DNA of 64,000 bases from the human T2T-CHM13v2.0 reference genome, Homo sapiens (GCF_009914755.1 NC_060931.1), one strand, 5' to 3'; numbered from the stretch's first letter, positions 17,920-31,736 are shown. Numbers and translations: made by a program. The notes: a model not told the origin generated them from the letters alone.

Positions 17920-18661
17920 CTGCAGAGAGAGTCACACACAGTCAGCCTCCAGCTATGCAGGGGCTCCAATGTGGGTCACCCTCCTCCCCAGCACAGAGCC
18001 CCTTCCAGCCCCATCTTGGGAACCGTACACTTTCTTCTGGGATCCACAAGAGCCATGGCCTGGGCCTCCTGTCAGGGAGGGAACTGAAGCCCTGAGGACA
18101 GTCAGTCAGGGTTCCTCTCCAGGAGATGGTCCACAGTCTCTGCAGAAGCTCAGGGACCTGAGCCCTCCCTGGGGTCCTCTAATTGACCTCAGCAGCATCA
18201 CTGACTTCCCTCGGGAGACCTGGGAGGTCCCACTTTGACTGCCAAGGGTCAAGGTATGTGGCCACTGTCAGGGCAGGACCAGAGGCTCCAAGCCTGGCGC
18301 ACTGTCACCCCCTGCGCAGGGCACACCTACAGCAGGGCAAGGGCCCAAGCTCTTCCTTGCAACCCGACAGGAAACTCCCTTGGGGCAAAAAGACCACCAG
18401 AAAGGGTGAGAGTTAGTCCTTTCTTCGGCCTAGTAGTTAATGAAATCAAAATGCCAACCTTTCCCCCTACCAATAACGGGAGGCCCTTCCAGAATCCAAG
18501 CCTCACAGATCACACAGAGGTATCTTTACTTGACCAACATGGCCCTGGGACAAGTGGAAGGCTTTAGGATGAAAGCTCTTTACTGTGACATTTAATCTTT
18601 GAACAACAGAAGGGGGTGATCAAGAGAATATACTAAGGAACCTGGTGCCTACCCCACTTAC

Positions 18662-18745
18662 TTAAGATGCGTGAGGCCTTTGCATTCATCCAGGATTTTG
18701 GTGACGTACCTGGCTCCGACATCGGTGATCTGGTTGTTGTATAAA
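18662..18745 (-). CDS. NOD1: NOD1 exon 8 (LRR, 84 nt)
   Basis: Encodes ...LYNNQITDVGARYVTKILDECKGLTHL...; AAG acceptor, donor GTAAGT. Confidence 0.95.
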
Positions 18746-19992
18746 CTTCAAGAGAAAGCACAGCCATGAGACTTTCTGGCTCCTGATGTCATTTTAATAG
18801 CCCCTGTTTTTTGAAGCATATGGTGTCTACTGATTTCCAAAGTCTGGGTTGAAAGGGGAACACACAGGCACCAGAGTTTAGGGCTCTGAGGTCTCACAGC
18901 TCAGGTTCAAAACCAGCTCCACTACTTTCCCCAGCTTTATGGCCTGAGACAAGTCACGTTACCTCTCTGTGCCTCAGTTTCTCCATCTGTAATACAGAGG
19001 TAATGATGATAGTCCCCTTGCAGGGTGGTTATGAGGATCTTAGGACATAACGCAAAGCCCTGGTGCATGAGTGCTCGGTGACTGGCAGGTGATGGGTATT
19101 TACAACTAAGATTACATTCAGCGTCTTGAGAAGAAAAGATTCTGAATATTAAAACTTCTCGATGTCTACCTTTCAGCCATCTCACCGCTCAATGCCAATT
19201 CAATAGTACAGCAGATGGAAGTTGAAAGGCAGCTAAGCTCAGGCTTCCAGGGTTCCACAGCCACACAGAGCCCTGGAGCCGAGTGTGGCCCGGGGTCGTT
19301 TGCGTCCATGTCCTCATTAACATCGAAGGCCACTGAGGCCCCAAGAAACTGAACAACTGCTCCAGCTTGCAGAGCCACCAGTTGTGTGGGGCTGGCCCGC
19401 AATCCCTTCTCTCAGACTCCAAAACCTCAAAGGCTCTGAATGCCCAAAGTTTCTCACAATTCTTTTGGCAACTGATGTGGAGCTACTTATAGTCTTTCTT
19501 ACCACACTTGGTTTGACTGTTTCATACATTCTGCGGGAGAAATATGAAAGTGTTTGAAAATGGGGCACTGCCTTAGACCCCTGCGGCCACGTCATGCCAT
19601 AGCATGCACTCAGAATCCCCATTCGGGTCTTGCCCCAAAGGCTCTGGATGAGGGATTATGGACCCAAAATAGTCCAGACTAATATGTAAACAGGATTCTA
19701 GCATTTATTAAATATATCCCCTTATATTCTCGTTGCATCCCCCAATAACCAGTTGTAAGCCTACTTGCCTATACTGGGATCCCAGTTTTACAGGTGAGGA
19801 GGCTGAGGCTCAGCAAGACTTCATGACTGGCCGAGCCACAAAGAGAACCCAGGACTCTCAACTCCTGGGCCAGCGCTCTTCCCAGCCCTGGGCCATCCGT
19901 GCCGATCATCCAGGGACCTATGGGAATGTGAATTCCCTGCAGCTCTGTATTATTACTAGGTAGTTGGCCCAGTGTTCTGGAGAAAGACATAC

Positions 19993-20076
19993 CCCAAATA
20001 GGTCACAATTTTGTATTTGGTCAGCTCTTCGCTTAGCACCTTTACCCCACCGTCAGTGATCTGGTTTACGCTGAGT
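19993..20076 (-). CDS. NOD1: NOD1 exon 7 (LRR, 84 nt)
   Basis: Encodes ...LSVNQITDGGVKVLSEELTKYKIVTYL...; CAG acceptor, donor GTATGT. Confidence 0.95.
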
Positions 20077-21604
20077 CTGAAATAAAACAGCAAAAAAATT
20101 ACGAGTCAGGGCAGGCACTCATTATGAAGGACCATTAATCTTACAAAGATCCAGAAGCCTTCAGGCCCTGGAGTTTTCTCAGGTATAGACGCCCCTGGAG
20201 AATGGCCACAGCAATCAGCCAAATAGCCCCTTACAAAGCCTGGCCAACGTGGGGCCGCCAGACCCATCCTGCACCAGCCCATGAGCGAGGCTGCAGCACA
20301 GCCCCTGGCTCCTCACACGACCGTGAAGGACACAGGGAGGACGTGTGAGGCCAGCCACCTCTGACATCCACCCTTTGCGTGTGACCTATGTGTCAGCCAG
20401 ACCCTGTACCTGGTTCTCGTATGGTGGAGGGCATGGGTTTGGAAATGTCAGGGGCTGCTTTTAGTGGTTGTGACTGGAGGAGGGAGTGCCCTGTCATCTT
20501 GCAGGCAGGGCCAATGATGTTAGGTGTCCTGCAAAATGCTGGACAGGTCTCACAAGAACTGTTATACCCAAAATGCCAACAGCTTCCCCCCATCCAGAAA
20601 CACATGGGCTAACCCTGATTTGTCACTGGAAAAGGCTGTGAGTCCCACTGTCAAAGGAGACTGCTCATGTCATTCTGTAAAGTGTCAGACAGCAAATATT
20701 TTAGGCTCTGTGGGCCATGTGGTCTCTGTCACAGCTACTCAACTGTGTAGTGTGAAGCAGCCAGTAAGTAAATAAATGGGTATGGCTGCGTTCCAATAAA
20801 ACTTTACTTAGAAACACAAGCCTTGGGCCCAATTAGACCCACAAGCTGACCTTGATAACAAGTAAAAGGCTGAACAATTAAAAGCTTGATTTTTAGGCCA
20901 CATCAAAATGATCAAGTCAGACACTCTGGACCCTTTCCCTCAGAGTCCCCAGCTTGGTGCTGGGAAATAGTGTGTATGTACATGGCATGGCCAGCCCAAG
21001 ACAGCACAGGCTGCTAGACATTCCCAATATCTATACTTTCTTAGCAATAGATTCCCCCATCTTTTAGCTGGGCCCATCTCATTAAGTTCTGCCCATACCA
21101 TTAAGTTCTGAAATCTAAGCAGCAATATAATTAGTAATAGCCAAGAAGTGTTCTTAAAAGATTGAGGCATGCTCTCAATCTTTGCCCTTCCTTCTTACTG
21201 ATAGCTAGAGTGTCGACTAGATGGCTGGAGTTTGAGCAGCCCTCTTGGGCCAAGATGGGAAAGCCGGGTAGTGAGGATGGCAGAACAGGAAGGCAGAAGA
21301 GAGCCTGGGCTCCGGAGGGTCATGGAGACTCCATACCAGTCCTGAACTACCTACCTCTAGACTTTTACATGAGAGAAATAAGCTTGTAACTCACCAACAT
21401 TTGGGGTTTTCGCTCTCAGCTAAAACTAATCCTAACTGATGCAGCCAGAGAACTGAGTGTGCTTCCCGTGGTTACCCATATCCTCTGCTTTCCTACAAGC
21501 TGTTTTTTCTTGCACTGGTGTGAAGGAAAGCTTCACCTGGGGACAGCAGGAAGGGCAGGGCCACCACACTGGTGTGGAGTTTCCCATTGAAAAGATGGAC
21601 AGAG

Positions 21605-22008
<404 letters not shown>

Positions 22009-22910
22009 CTAGGGCAGCCTTCGACCCCCTGCACCCCATGTCCCCATGCAATTATTTACACTCTGACACTGGTGTGACAGGCACTGGGAGTCAGTTCCAA
22101 ATCCCTACTGCTTTTTAGAAATGCATGAGTCAAGTAATGGCAAATTTAACCCCCTGTAGAGATTTACAAGGTTTATTTTACATAGGAAATGCTAATAGAA
22201 GAAAACAGACTGGGCTCTGTTTCCCGTAAACTATGGAACAGGAAAACAACCACGAGTCAGCATTTTAACTGAGGTCTCTAGCAGTGTGAAGGGCTGCTAG
22301 CGTTGATCACAGAAAGTCACCAGTGCCAACTGGCACAAGGTCTGCTTTCTCTGCAGTAATAAAAGCTCCCATATTCCAGAAACTTTTTGAGGGCTATCTC
22401 GGAGCCTTACATTAATCTTAAAAGGAAGGTTCTTTATGCATTCTGGCACTGCTATGTCTGAGCTGTGTGACCTAAAGCAAGCTATTAACTTCTCTGTGCC
22501 TCTACTTCCTTATCTGCCAAAATAGAGACAATAACAGTACCTAAGTTACAGGGTTGTAAAGAGCATTCCATTAGGTAATATTTGTAATGCACTTCACCCA
22601 TTCTCAACTAACATTGGTCCCTGTGGCCATAATTGATAGGATTATGAGCATCTTCTTTTTCCAGATGAGGGCGTGGAGGCTCTGAGAGTTAAGCACTTTG
22701 TTCAAGGGCACCCAGCTGTGGCTGATCCAGGTCCACCTGCCTCGAAGCTTTGCACCTTGACCTCTGCCCTGCTAAGAAAGAAAAGGTCTGGACATTCCAA
22801 GGGCCATGGTCATGAGTCCTGGGGGATCCTGGTCCATGGTGCCATTCCCGATGCCCTCCGAGCCTGGCCCGCCCGGCCCACCTGTTGCTCCCCTTGCCTG
22901 GCAGCCTCAC

Positions 22911-24735
22911 CTGAGAACAGTGAGGCGGCTGAAGCAGGGCTGCAGCTCCCGCACGCCGTAGTCGTTGAGATTGTTGTTGTCTAGGTCTAGGGCCAGCCGC
23001 TTGGGGAAGTGATGCAGGACGAAGGAGAGGGCGCTGCAGTCGGCCGAGCAGGCGTTGCAGTAGGTCAGCTTGAGGTAGTTGGCGCAGATGCCCCTGGCCG
23101 CCAGCTGCCCCACCTTCTGGCTCTGTGTCTCGTAGATGCAGCGCAGCATCCAGATGAACGTGGGCATGGCCTGCACCTGGTTGAAGCTTTCGACCTGAAC
23201 GCGGGGCAGGCTCTTCAGGTAGCCCCGCAGGCTGGAAAACAGGTGTGCCCACAGGGCCTTGCGCTTTCTCCTCAGGGCTGCCGCGGGCACCAGATGCCGC
23301 AGGAGTTTCTGTTTGGCTTTGGACAACAGCCCGCACAGGAAGAGGTTGGTGAACTGGAAGTGATCCTTGTTCTTGAAGAGGTCTTCCCGCGCCGGACCAC
23401 TGCCCTGCAGGCACTGGAACGGGAGGAAGGGAGGATAGCAGGACGTGGTCGCTGCCCCCGCAGGGGGCATCCACTCCTGGAAGAACCTGAGCAGCTCCTG
23501 AGTGCCCACCCTGTCGTCCAGCACGAGGAAGAAGGCTGTAAAGAAGGCCTGGAGGGTGAGGTGGAAAAACTCATAGGACTGCTGGTCACCCCCGGGGCCC
23601 AGCTCCGGCAAAGCCCGCAGGAAGCCCAGCTGCATGTCTCTCTCCTGCAGCCCGGAGGCCTGCACCTCCTCCTGGGTGAAGACAAAGAGGCTCTTCTCCA
23701 TGCCCCGGTGGGCCACCTGCCCCAGCGAGCACAGAGTGTCCCGGCCGGCGTGGAGGGTCTCCACTGGGCTGCGTGTGTTCCGCTGCACCAGGCTGCTGGG
23801 CTGCATCCTGTTCAGATGGACCTCAGTGACCAGGAGGAAGACATCTGTCAGGGTCATCGTGCAGTCGGGCAGCTGTGGTGAGCCTTCAAAGGCAGCACGG
23901 AAGTGCTGGAAGCACCGGAAGATGATCCAGCAGAAGAGGGGCACAGAGCACAGGCTGCAGAGGTTGGGGTTGGCCTCCAGCTGGCTCAGCAGGCGGTCCT
24001 GCAGGGCCCGCTCGGGGAACATCCTCCTGGCATAGGCGCGCAGGTGGCTGGGGGAGAAGCCCCGGAGAAGCACCTTCTTCCGCAGGAACTGGCGCGGGAC
24101 CTCGATGCCTGTGCGGGCTGTGAGCAGCTTGCTAGCCCCCTTGAGCAGCTTCCCACTGAGCAGGTTGGCCAGCAAGACCAGGGGGTGGGCAGGCTCCCAG
24201 GGGCAGGAGCTGTCAGGCACGCGGCTCAGGTCCAAGTCCGAGTGCAGCTCGTCCAGGCCATCGAAGGTGAAGAGGGCCACGTGGGGGAAGCGCAGCAGGA
24301 AGGCAAACACCTCCTCGGGGTCCCGCTCTGGGTAGCAGTAGTGCTTGAAGAGCAGGTCCTGCAGACACAGCCTGTCACTTTCCTTGAAGCAGCTGAACAT
24401 GCGGCAGCGAAAGTGGAAGAAGAATTTGACCCCTGCGTCTAGCCGGCCCGTGGCCCAGAGGCTCTGCAGCCGCTGTAGCAGCATGGACTTGCCCACCCCA
24501 GCATCACCCAGGATGAAGATGGTCTCACCCTGCTCATTGAGGATGCCGGTGGTGTGGTCCAGGAGGCAGGCCAGGCTGTTCAGGCTGCCCAGGCTCTCAT
24601 TGCTGAAGCCAACCAGCTCCATGATGGTGTCCATGTAGATCTCCTCCAGCAGCAGCTCCTCCTTCTGGGCATAGCACAGCACGAACTTGGAGTCACGGCC
24701 CAGATGGTGTCGCAGCTGCTGGGTATACCTGCTCA
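22911..24735 (-). CDS. NOD1: NOD1 exon 6: NACHT/NOD domain, helical domains and first LRR (1825 nt, c.377-2201)
   Basis: ORF 22907..24760. Walker A GDAGVGKS (K208 by my count), Walker B LFTFDGLDE, winged-helix FFHLTLQAFF, first LRR LDLDNNNL; AG/GTGAGG boundaries. Confidence 0.98.
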
Positions 24736-25129
24736 CTGGAGGGAGGGGGTGGCAGGGCACAGCAGCAGGGTGAGGAGAGAGGCAGAAACAGCATCAAACA
24801 GGGAGGTCTCAAAGAGGAGAGGCGAGTGCATAAACAAAATTCACAACCTGGGCCCTGAGGCCAGCGCAGCCACTCCTCAGATGCAGGACCTGGGGAGCGT
24901 CACAGAGCCAGCATTCCTGACCCTGAGGGCCCCAGGCTTTGATCTCTCTGCTTGACCTCAGATTTGCCAGAAAGAAGGTGACAAACTTCAGCTGGGATCA
25001 GTGTCTGAGACAGGCCACCCTTATTCCTCCGCACAGTGTCATCACTGAACTGCAGCTAAACACTGAAGCCCCTCGCACTCGAGGGCCAGGCCAGATGGCC
25101 ACGCTGGCCCTCCTCCACCAACACTGCTT

Positions 25130-25382
25130 TTTTGTTGTTAGAGATAGGGTCCTGCTCTGTCACTCAGGCTAGGGTGCAGTGACCCAATCATGCAGTCTCA
25201 AACTCCCAGGCTCAAGCAATCCTCCCACCTCAGCCTCCCAAGTAGCTGGGACACAGGCATATGCCACCAAGCCCAACTAATTTTTGTGTTTTTTTGTAGA
25301 GACGGGGTCTCGCCATGTTGCCCAGGCTGGTCTCAAATTCCTGGGTTCAAGCGATCTGCCCACCTCGGCCTCCCAAAGTGTT
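25130..25382 (-). mobile_element. Alu (J-type)
   Basis: Diverged antisense Alu. Confidence 0.85.
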
Positions 25383-26329
25383 AGGGAGTGTTATATATTT
25401 GTCAGTAATTTTTAGTAAGTTTACAAAGTTGTGCAAACCTCACCACAGTCCAGGTCTAGAACATCTCTACCATCTTCCCAGAGTTTTCTGGAGCCTATTT
25501 GTAGCCAATCCCTGGGCCGTAGGCAACTACTGATTTGCTTTGTCTATAGATTTACCTTTTCTGGACATTTCATATAAACAGAATCATACAATATGTAGTC
25601 TTTTGTGTGAGACTGCTTGTAGAGTGAATTACACTGTAAAAGCTAGTAAAGTAGCTGGCTAACGGAACCAACAGAGAAGTCTTTCGAAAGAATGATTCCT
25701 CATGGGAATACTTTCTTTTTTTTTCATGGGGGAAGGAAACAAGGGGAGACAGGAAGGAGCAGACAGAGTCAGAAGCTAGCAGTGGCTGGCAGGCACCTGC
25801 AGGGGCTGTGGAAGCTGGAGCCTAGCACTGACACTCTGCCGGCTGGCCTTGTTTCCCCTAAGCACACACCTGTCTTGTGCTTCTGTTTCCAACAACATAT
25901 TGGATTCTTTAAAAGGCAGGACTTAGGTCCTTGGTGCTGGTATGTTACCAACAGCTGTCTCAAAGTGGAGAGTTCAAAAGCAGGGAAAGAAGACTCCTGC
26001 CCCAGAGCAGATCCTGGCCCTAATGATATGTTCTCACATGCCTTGGACTGCCGCTGTCCTGACACATTTTTGAGATTGCTGACTGGTGGTCTCTTCCAGC
26101 AGACTTGAAGCTCCCTGAGGGCAGGAACCCTGTCTGTGTCTGCTCACCACTGTCTCCCTGACATCCAGCACAGTGTAGGGTCTTGGCATGTGGTGGATAC
26201 AGCAAAAAATACTTATTGAACTAATCAGTTAACTGATGGGGTCTTCCATTAGTTTGGAAATAAGGACTGGCACTCAACGGTGACAGAATACTTTGCCTAG
26301 AATCAAACCTGGCAAGGCTTTTTAATTTT

Positions 26330-26510
26330 TTTCTTTCCTTTTTTAGAGACAGGGTCTCACTCTGTCACCCAGGCTGGAGTGTAGGGGCACAATCATAGCT
26401 CGCTGCAGCCTTAGACTCTGGGGCTCAAGCAGTCCTCTTGCCTCAGCCTCCTGAGTAGCTGGAACTACAGGTGTGTGCTACCATGTCCAGCTAAAGATTT
26501 TTTTAAAAGA
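26330..26510 (-). mobile_element. Partial Alu (right arm)
   Basis: GAGACAGGGTCTCACTCTGTCACCCAGGCTGGAG... Confidence 0.8.
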
Positions 26511-26831
26511 AAAAAAAATACAACCTTGAATTTGTGCAACCATTAAAATGTCTACATATGTCAGAATAGGAAGAAAGCAAGGGGTCAGAACACAGGCCAT
26601 TCCCATACTTCCAAAGGCCCCTCTATAAACCAGACCATCGAGGTGTGGGCAGTTCAATCGCAGCCACCTGGGCTGCACTTGGGAGACAGGATTCAGCTGT
26701 TCCTTTCTAAAATCAAAATAGCACCTGGGCCTGCTTCCTGAGGTGGCACTCAGGGCTGGCCCAGCCATTACCAAACCCCCCAGGGCCCTGCTTGCACTGG
26801 TGCCTGCGGTCTTGCTGGGGCTGACTCCTAC

Positions 26832-27006
26832 CTGGGTCAGTGTTGACCACGACTTTGCTCTGAGTGAGCAGGGAAGGGGAGAAGCCGATCTCCAGCAGCC
26901 AAGGCCTGAGGTCCACGTAGGCATCTGCGAGTTGCTGGAGCAAGTAGAGGAAGAACTCGGACACCTCCTCGCCCTTGCTCTGTACCAGGTCCAGAATTTT
27001 GCGGAC
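26832..27006 (-). CDS. NOD1: NOD1 exon 5: C-terminal half of CARD (175 nt)
   Basis: Encodes VRKILDLVQSKGEEVSEFFLYLLQQLADAYVDLRPWLLEIGFSPSLLTQSKVVVNTDP; CAG acceptor, donor GTAGGA; joins exon 6 in frame. Confidence 0.97.
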
Positions 27007-27249
27007 CTGGAGGTGACACAAGCATGAGGGCACGGGCTGGCATGAGGGGCATCCTCCTACCATAAGGACCCTCAGGCAGGCTCAGGGCAGGGCTCTGAGT
27101 TCTTAGTACAGCCGGTAGCTATGCCATCCCCCCAGCTGCTGTGACAGTCAACATATTGGAGCCCGAAAATCTGTGAAATGACCTCCTGAGCAAGAAATAA
27201 AACCACTCAGCTCTAAGAAACCAGGAGGCTTCCATGAGCCTAAAAATAA

Positions 27250-27612
<363 letters not shown>

Positions 27613-28415
27613 TAACCTGACACAACTGCTGTGCAGGAATGAGAGTGGAGAGGTGAGAACCACCCCTTGGGCATAATGAGGTAGGCACCTGGGCCACACA
27701 GTAGGAGGGCGATAGGCCATATATTAAAAACGGCTTTTTTTCTTGTTAAAAATGTGGGAAAACAAATCAAGAGAAGAGAACAAAGCACACGAGTGTGCTA
27801 CTGCTTCCCCCAGAAACCGTCCTGGTCTCTTCTGAGTCCCAGCGGGGTCATGTCATAAATGAGTTGTGTCATTCCTCTAACCAAGAAGGAATTTGTGGTC
27901 TCCATTTTATTTTTCAGGAGATAACGCAAAGCGTAAGTGGAAGTAAGGGCTGTTAAGGCGTCCCACAGTGGAGCGGGGAAGATTCTTCACTGTGGACCCA
28001 CCGTGGGATGTCATCATTCCTGACCCTGAGTCGGTTCCCCTCCGAGTCTCACCCAGCAACAAGCAGCCCTCCAGCCTTCAGAGGCACTGAATGAACATCG
28101 CTGCTGGGGATGCTCTTATGCTTATGTTCTTTTTCCCTCCTAATTTAAAGGGGATCTAAAAATGAAGTGTCTGGGAACCAATACACACAGCAATGAGAAC
28201 TGAGATGTCAGGGTTTGCTCCAGACACAAACACAGAAGTAAAATACCTGACTGTGCAACCTGCTAACCCAGGCATTTGTGTGCTATTAGTACCCCAAAAT
28301 GCAGCCCTGCCCGCTGGACTAAACTCCCACGCTCTTCACTCAGATCAGCAGGGAGAGGCCTCTTCTAGCTCCCGGGGTCCACACAATGCCATGCCCGTCC
28401 CTGTCCCCGGGGCAC

Positions 28416-28616
28416 CTTGTCAGGCTGGGTGGGGCAGGCACACACAATCTCCGCATCTTCGGCCGAGAAGTAGTCATTCTTCAGCAAGTTGTCCACCAGA
28501 CACTGAGTATTGCGGATGTGAGTGACCAGAAGTTCCCGATTGCTTTTCAGTAATTGAATGTGGGGGTGAGACTCTGATGGGATTATTTCCATCTCACTGT
28601 GGCCCTGCTCTTCCAT
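28416..28616 (-). CDS. NOD1: NOD1 exon 4, coding part: start codon and N-terminal CARD (exon extends to 28737)
   Basis: MEEQGHSEMEIIPSESHPHIQLLKSNRELLVTHIRNTQCLVDNLLKNDYFSAEDAEIVCACPTQPDK (67 aa); Kozak actATGg; donor GTGCCC; exon acceptor AG at 28738-28739. Confidence 0.97.
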
Positions 28617-28859
28617 AGTTAAAGTAGCAAGCGGCTACTTTTCCCAAATTCATCTTCAGCTGCGTGTGTCCTCTCAGCAGAAGGGCAATCAGGATTCAGG
28701 CCGCGCCCTCCAGGGCCCCTGCTACTCTGCGCAGCCCCTGAAGAGATCAATGACATCATCAGCAAAGCAAAAGCTACAGAAAGAGCTCACCCCACCTCCC
28801 ACTGGTTGTGGGGTTTCTCTACCTAGAGCAGGAAGGAACCATGCTTAAGACCTTTATCT

Positions 28860-29153
28860 GGCCAGGCAAGTTGGCTCATGACTGTAATCCCAGCGCTTTG
28901 GGAGGCTGAGATGGGTAGATAGCTTGAAGTAAGGCCAGTAGTTTGAGACCAACCTGTGCAACATAGTGAGACACCCATCTCTACAAAAATAAAAAAAATT
29001 AGCCAGGCATGGTGGCGCACCTGTAGTCCCAGCTATTGGGGAGGCTAAGGCAGGAGGATCACATGAGCACAAGAGTTCAAGGCTGCAGTGAACGATGATC
29101 ACACCACTGCACTCCAGCCTGGGTGACAGAGCAAGGCCCTGTCTCTAAAAAAA
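28860..29153 (+). mobile_element. Alu (J-type)
   Basis: Dimer flanked by ACTTTTATCT-like repeats. Confidence 0.88.
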
Positions 29154-30429
29154 CTTTTATCTTAGATGCATTAAAGAAAAAAAATCATAATTTAATTGTT
29201 TGCACTTGAGGGTTACATCTCTAGGGTAGGTGACCAGAGATAGCCAACTCTTTTTTATTTTTAAATCAAAACATCTTTATTATTACTATAAAGCAAAAGT
29301 GTGCTTTGATCCTATACTGGGATAGAGATGGAAAGGTGTTTATTTTACATAATAAGGTTAACAGGGCTTGGAGGTTTCTGCATTCCCCAAGCAGGGAACA
29401 GGCCCAGAACTGAGAAAGAAAGACCTGTGGGGTTTGGTGGGAGACGGTCTCAGCACAAAATAGCCTGAGAAGAGAGACAGCAGCATGAAGTCTCCTGTGG
29501 TAGCCAGAGGCAAGGAACCTGCGGACGGTGATGTCTCAGTCACTGTTGCCCATTTTGGGTTGTGCTATAACCTCTTCCCCCGTGTCCTTGACCTTCAGCA
29601 AAGTCTGTTATACACAAGCACCCTGGGAAAGGAGGGAAAAGCAATAGCCCATGTGGCATGAAGTGGGACAGAGGGAGGGCAGAGGGGCAGGAGGAAGAGG
29701 GAGAGCCGGCACAGAGTTCCTGGGATTAGATTCCCAAGAGAGGTATCTCTCTGGAAACCCTTGAAAACCTGGTACAAGTGCTGAGTTTCTTGTCTGGGTA
29801 GGAACAGGGACCCAGGCTATTTTATTTGGGCATTAAAAAACATTTGGGTTCATCTGAGTTATCCCAAAATTGCACTCACTACCTTCCTTGTAACAATAAC
29901 AGCAAAAAATAATAATTTTTTAAAAAAATCCCACAGAAGATCCTTCAGCCTCTTCTTGTCCAGGAATACTTGCGTGTGTAAAATGATCTTGGAAGTGGAA
30001 AGGCCTGGAATTGGCCACTTTGTCGTTTGTCTAGGCAGGAAAACTCATGCATTTCAGAGAGAGAGTAAAAAAAAGGTTTTTTTGTAGTTCAAAAAAAAGC
30101 TCATAGATCTTTTAACACTATCCACATCATTAATATGTTTCACAAGCCACATCTGTTAACATTCAGGTCCAGTGGTTCTCAATTTTTTTTCCACCAAGTG
30201 GCACATGAGTCTCCTGCTCTTTGACATGCTTCTATGTTTTCTTTTTTTAACCTATCAAATGCCAGACCCCACACAATAGCTTTCTTTTTAGAATCCAAAT
30301 GATAGAGCAGGAAAGAGTAAAATTTAAAATTATCAGCAACAGAAGGGCAAGAGATCCTCACCAAAAAAATTTAAAGGTATGAAAATATTAGTTATTGTTC
30401 CAATAAAAGTTATTAAATACTAATCCAGC

Positions 30430-30732
30430 CTTTTCTTTTTTTTTTTTTTTTGACAGAGTCCCACTGTGTGGCTCAGGCTGGAGTGCAGTGGCACAATCTC
30501 GGCTCACTGCAACATCTGCCTCCTGAGCTCAAGCAATTCTCCTGCATCAGCCACCCGAGTAGCTAGAACTACAGGCGGGTGCCACCATGCCCAGCTAATT
30601 TTTGTATTTTTAGTAGAGACAGGGTTTCACCACGTTGGCCAAGCTGGTCTTGAACTCCTGACCTCAAGTGATCTGCCCACCTCGGCCTCCCAAAGTGCTT
30701 GGATTACAGGTGTGAGCCACCACACCCGGCTA
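30430..30732 (-). mobile_element. Alu (S-type)
   Basis: Antisense dimer with T tract. Confidence 0.92.
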
Positions 30733-30846
30733 TTTTCCATGGCAGTCAATTCTATGACCCACTTTAGGATCCTTAGCTTTAGAAAATCGGTTCATTTAAA
30801 GCATACCAGCTGACAATATTAAATTTAAATTAGCAGTTAATAATAC

Positions 30847-30935
30847 CTTTTTAAGTTTCTGGCATCATTCTTTGAAGTTAGAATATTTTAAAACAACATT
30901 GTTTAAATCTTCAATTTCCAATTTATTTCTGGAAT
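30847..30935 (-). other. NOD1: NOD1 5'UTR exon 3 (89 nt)
   Basis: ttttgcAG acceptor, GTATTA donor; matches my recollection of the NOD1 mRNA leader. Confidence 0.8.
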
Positions 30936-31595
30936 CTGCAAAATCAAAGAAAGACTTAAAAAAATTATTGTGGCACATGGTGAATGAATGAATAAAATTG
31001 GCAAGAGAATAATTTTAAAATCTAGTACTCCCAGGTATCAGACTACTCTCTGTACCTTCTTCTTTTAGGACAGTGTTTTCTAAATGTTCAACGTCCCCAC
31101 CATAGTCACTTTTTTGTTGTTCTTGCCATAATTGAGTCACACCTGTCCTTTATTTGCTTAACCTTTTGCTTTCAATTGAGTTTTGAAAACTCTAATAATT
31201 TTAAAGGAATGTAATGTCACCATTAGAAACAGAAAAAAAATATCCTTTGCAATACATAGAAAGTAACACAAAAATTAATTCACCAGAAATACCACAATGT
31301 TACTGTATTCCAGCTAGTCCTGCTGCCTGGAAAGGCTCCAGGGTTGGGGCCTGTTTTCTCTCGGAAGCATTTGAGAGATGTTAAAGACACAGTAGCACAG
31401 AATTGAGACTTTCTCTTTAAGATCATCACAAGGCTGAGAGAAAACTGGAAAGAAGTCACTTCTCACTTTGTGATTCAGCATTTTGCAATGCCATGCTCCA
31501 TTCTTTAGAAAGCTGGGAAGGGGTGTTGCGCAGCTTCCTTCATCCCTCCTTTCCCGACCTTTGCCCGCCTACCACGAGGGGCCCGTTTTACTCAC

Positions 31596-31736
31596 TGCTT
31601 CTGTCTCTTCCAAGCCTGCGATTCCCATAAAAACAGCAACTTGTCTTCCCAGATGTTTTCTGTAATCGCCGCCACAATCTCCACCTCTTGCCATCAAAGG
31701 CAGAAACCGAAGGAAAGTCTCCTGACTTACAATCAC
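31596..31736 (-). other. NOD1: NOD1 5'UTR exon 2 (141 nt)
   Basis: tttatttAG acceptor, GTGAGT donor; matches recalled NOD1 mRNA leader. Confidence 0.8.

Noticed and set aside
22689-23474. 261-aa alternative-frame ORF on the NOD1 strand
   Set aside because: Starts at a GTG inside exon 6 and has low-complexity composition; explained by stop-codon scarcity in GC-rich sequence.
24314-24316. NOD1 codon 266 (site of the known E266K variant)
   Set aside because: The sequence has GAG (Glu), the common reference residue; nothing unusual.
23009-24442. Long + strand ORFs (290 aa, 179 aa) antisense to exon 6
   Set aside because: Shadow ORFs expected opposite a GC3-rich coding exon; no recognisable domain, promoter or splice support.
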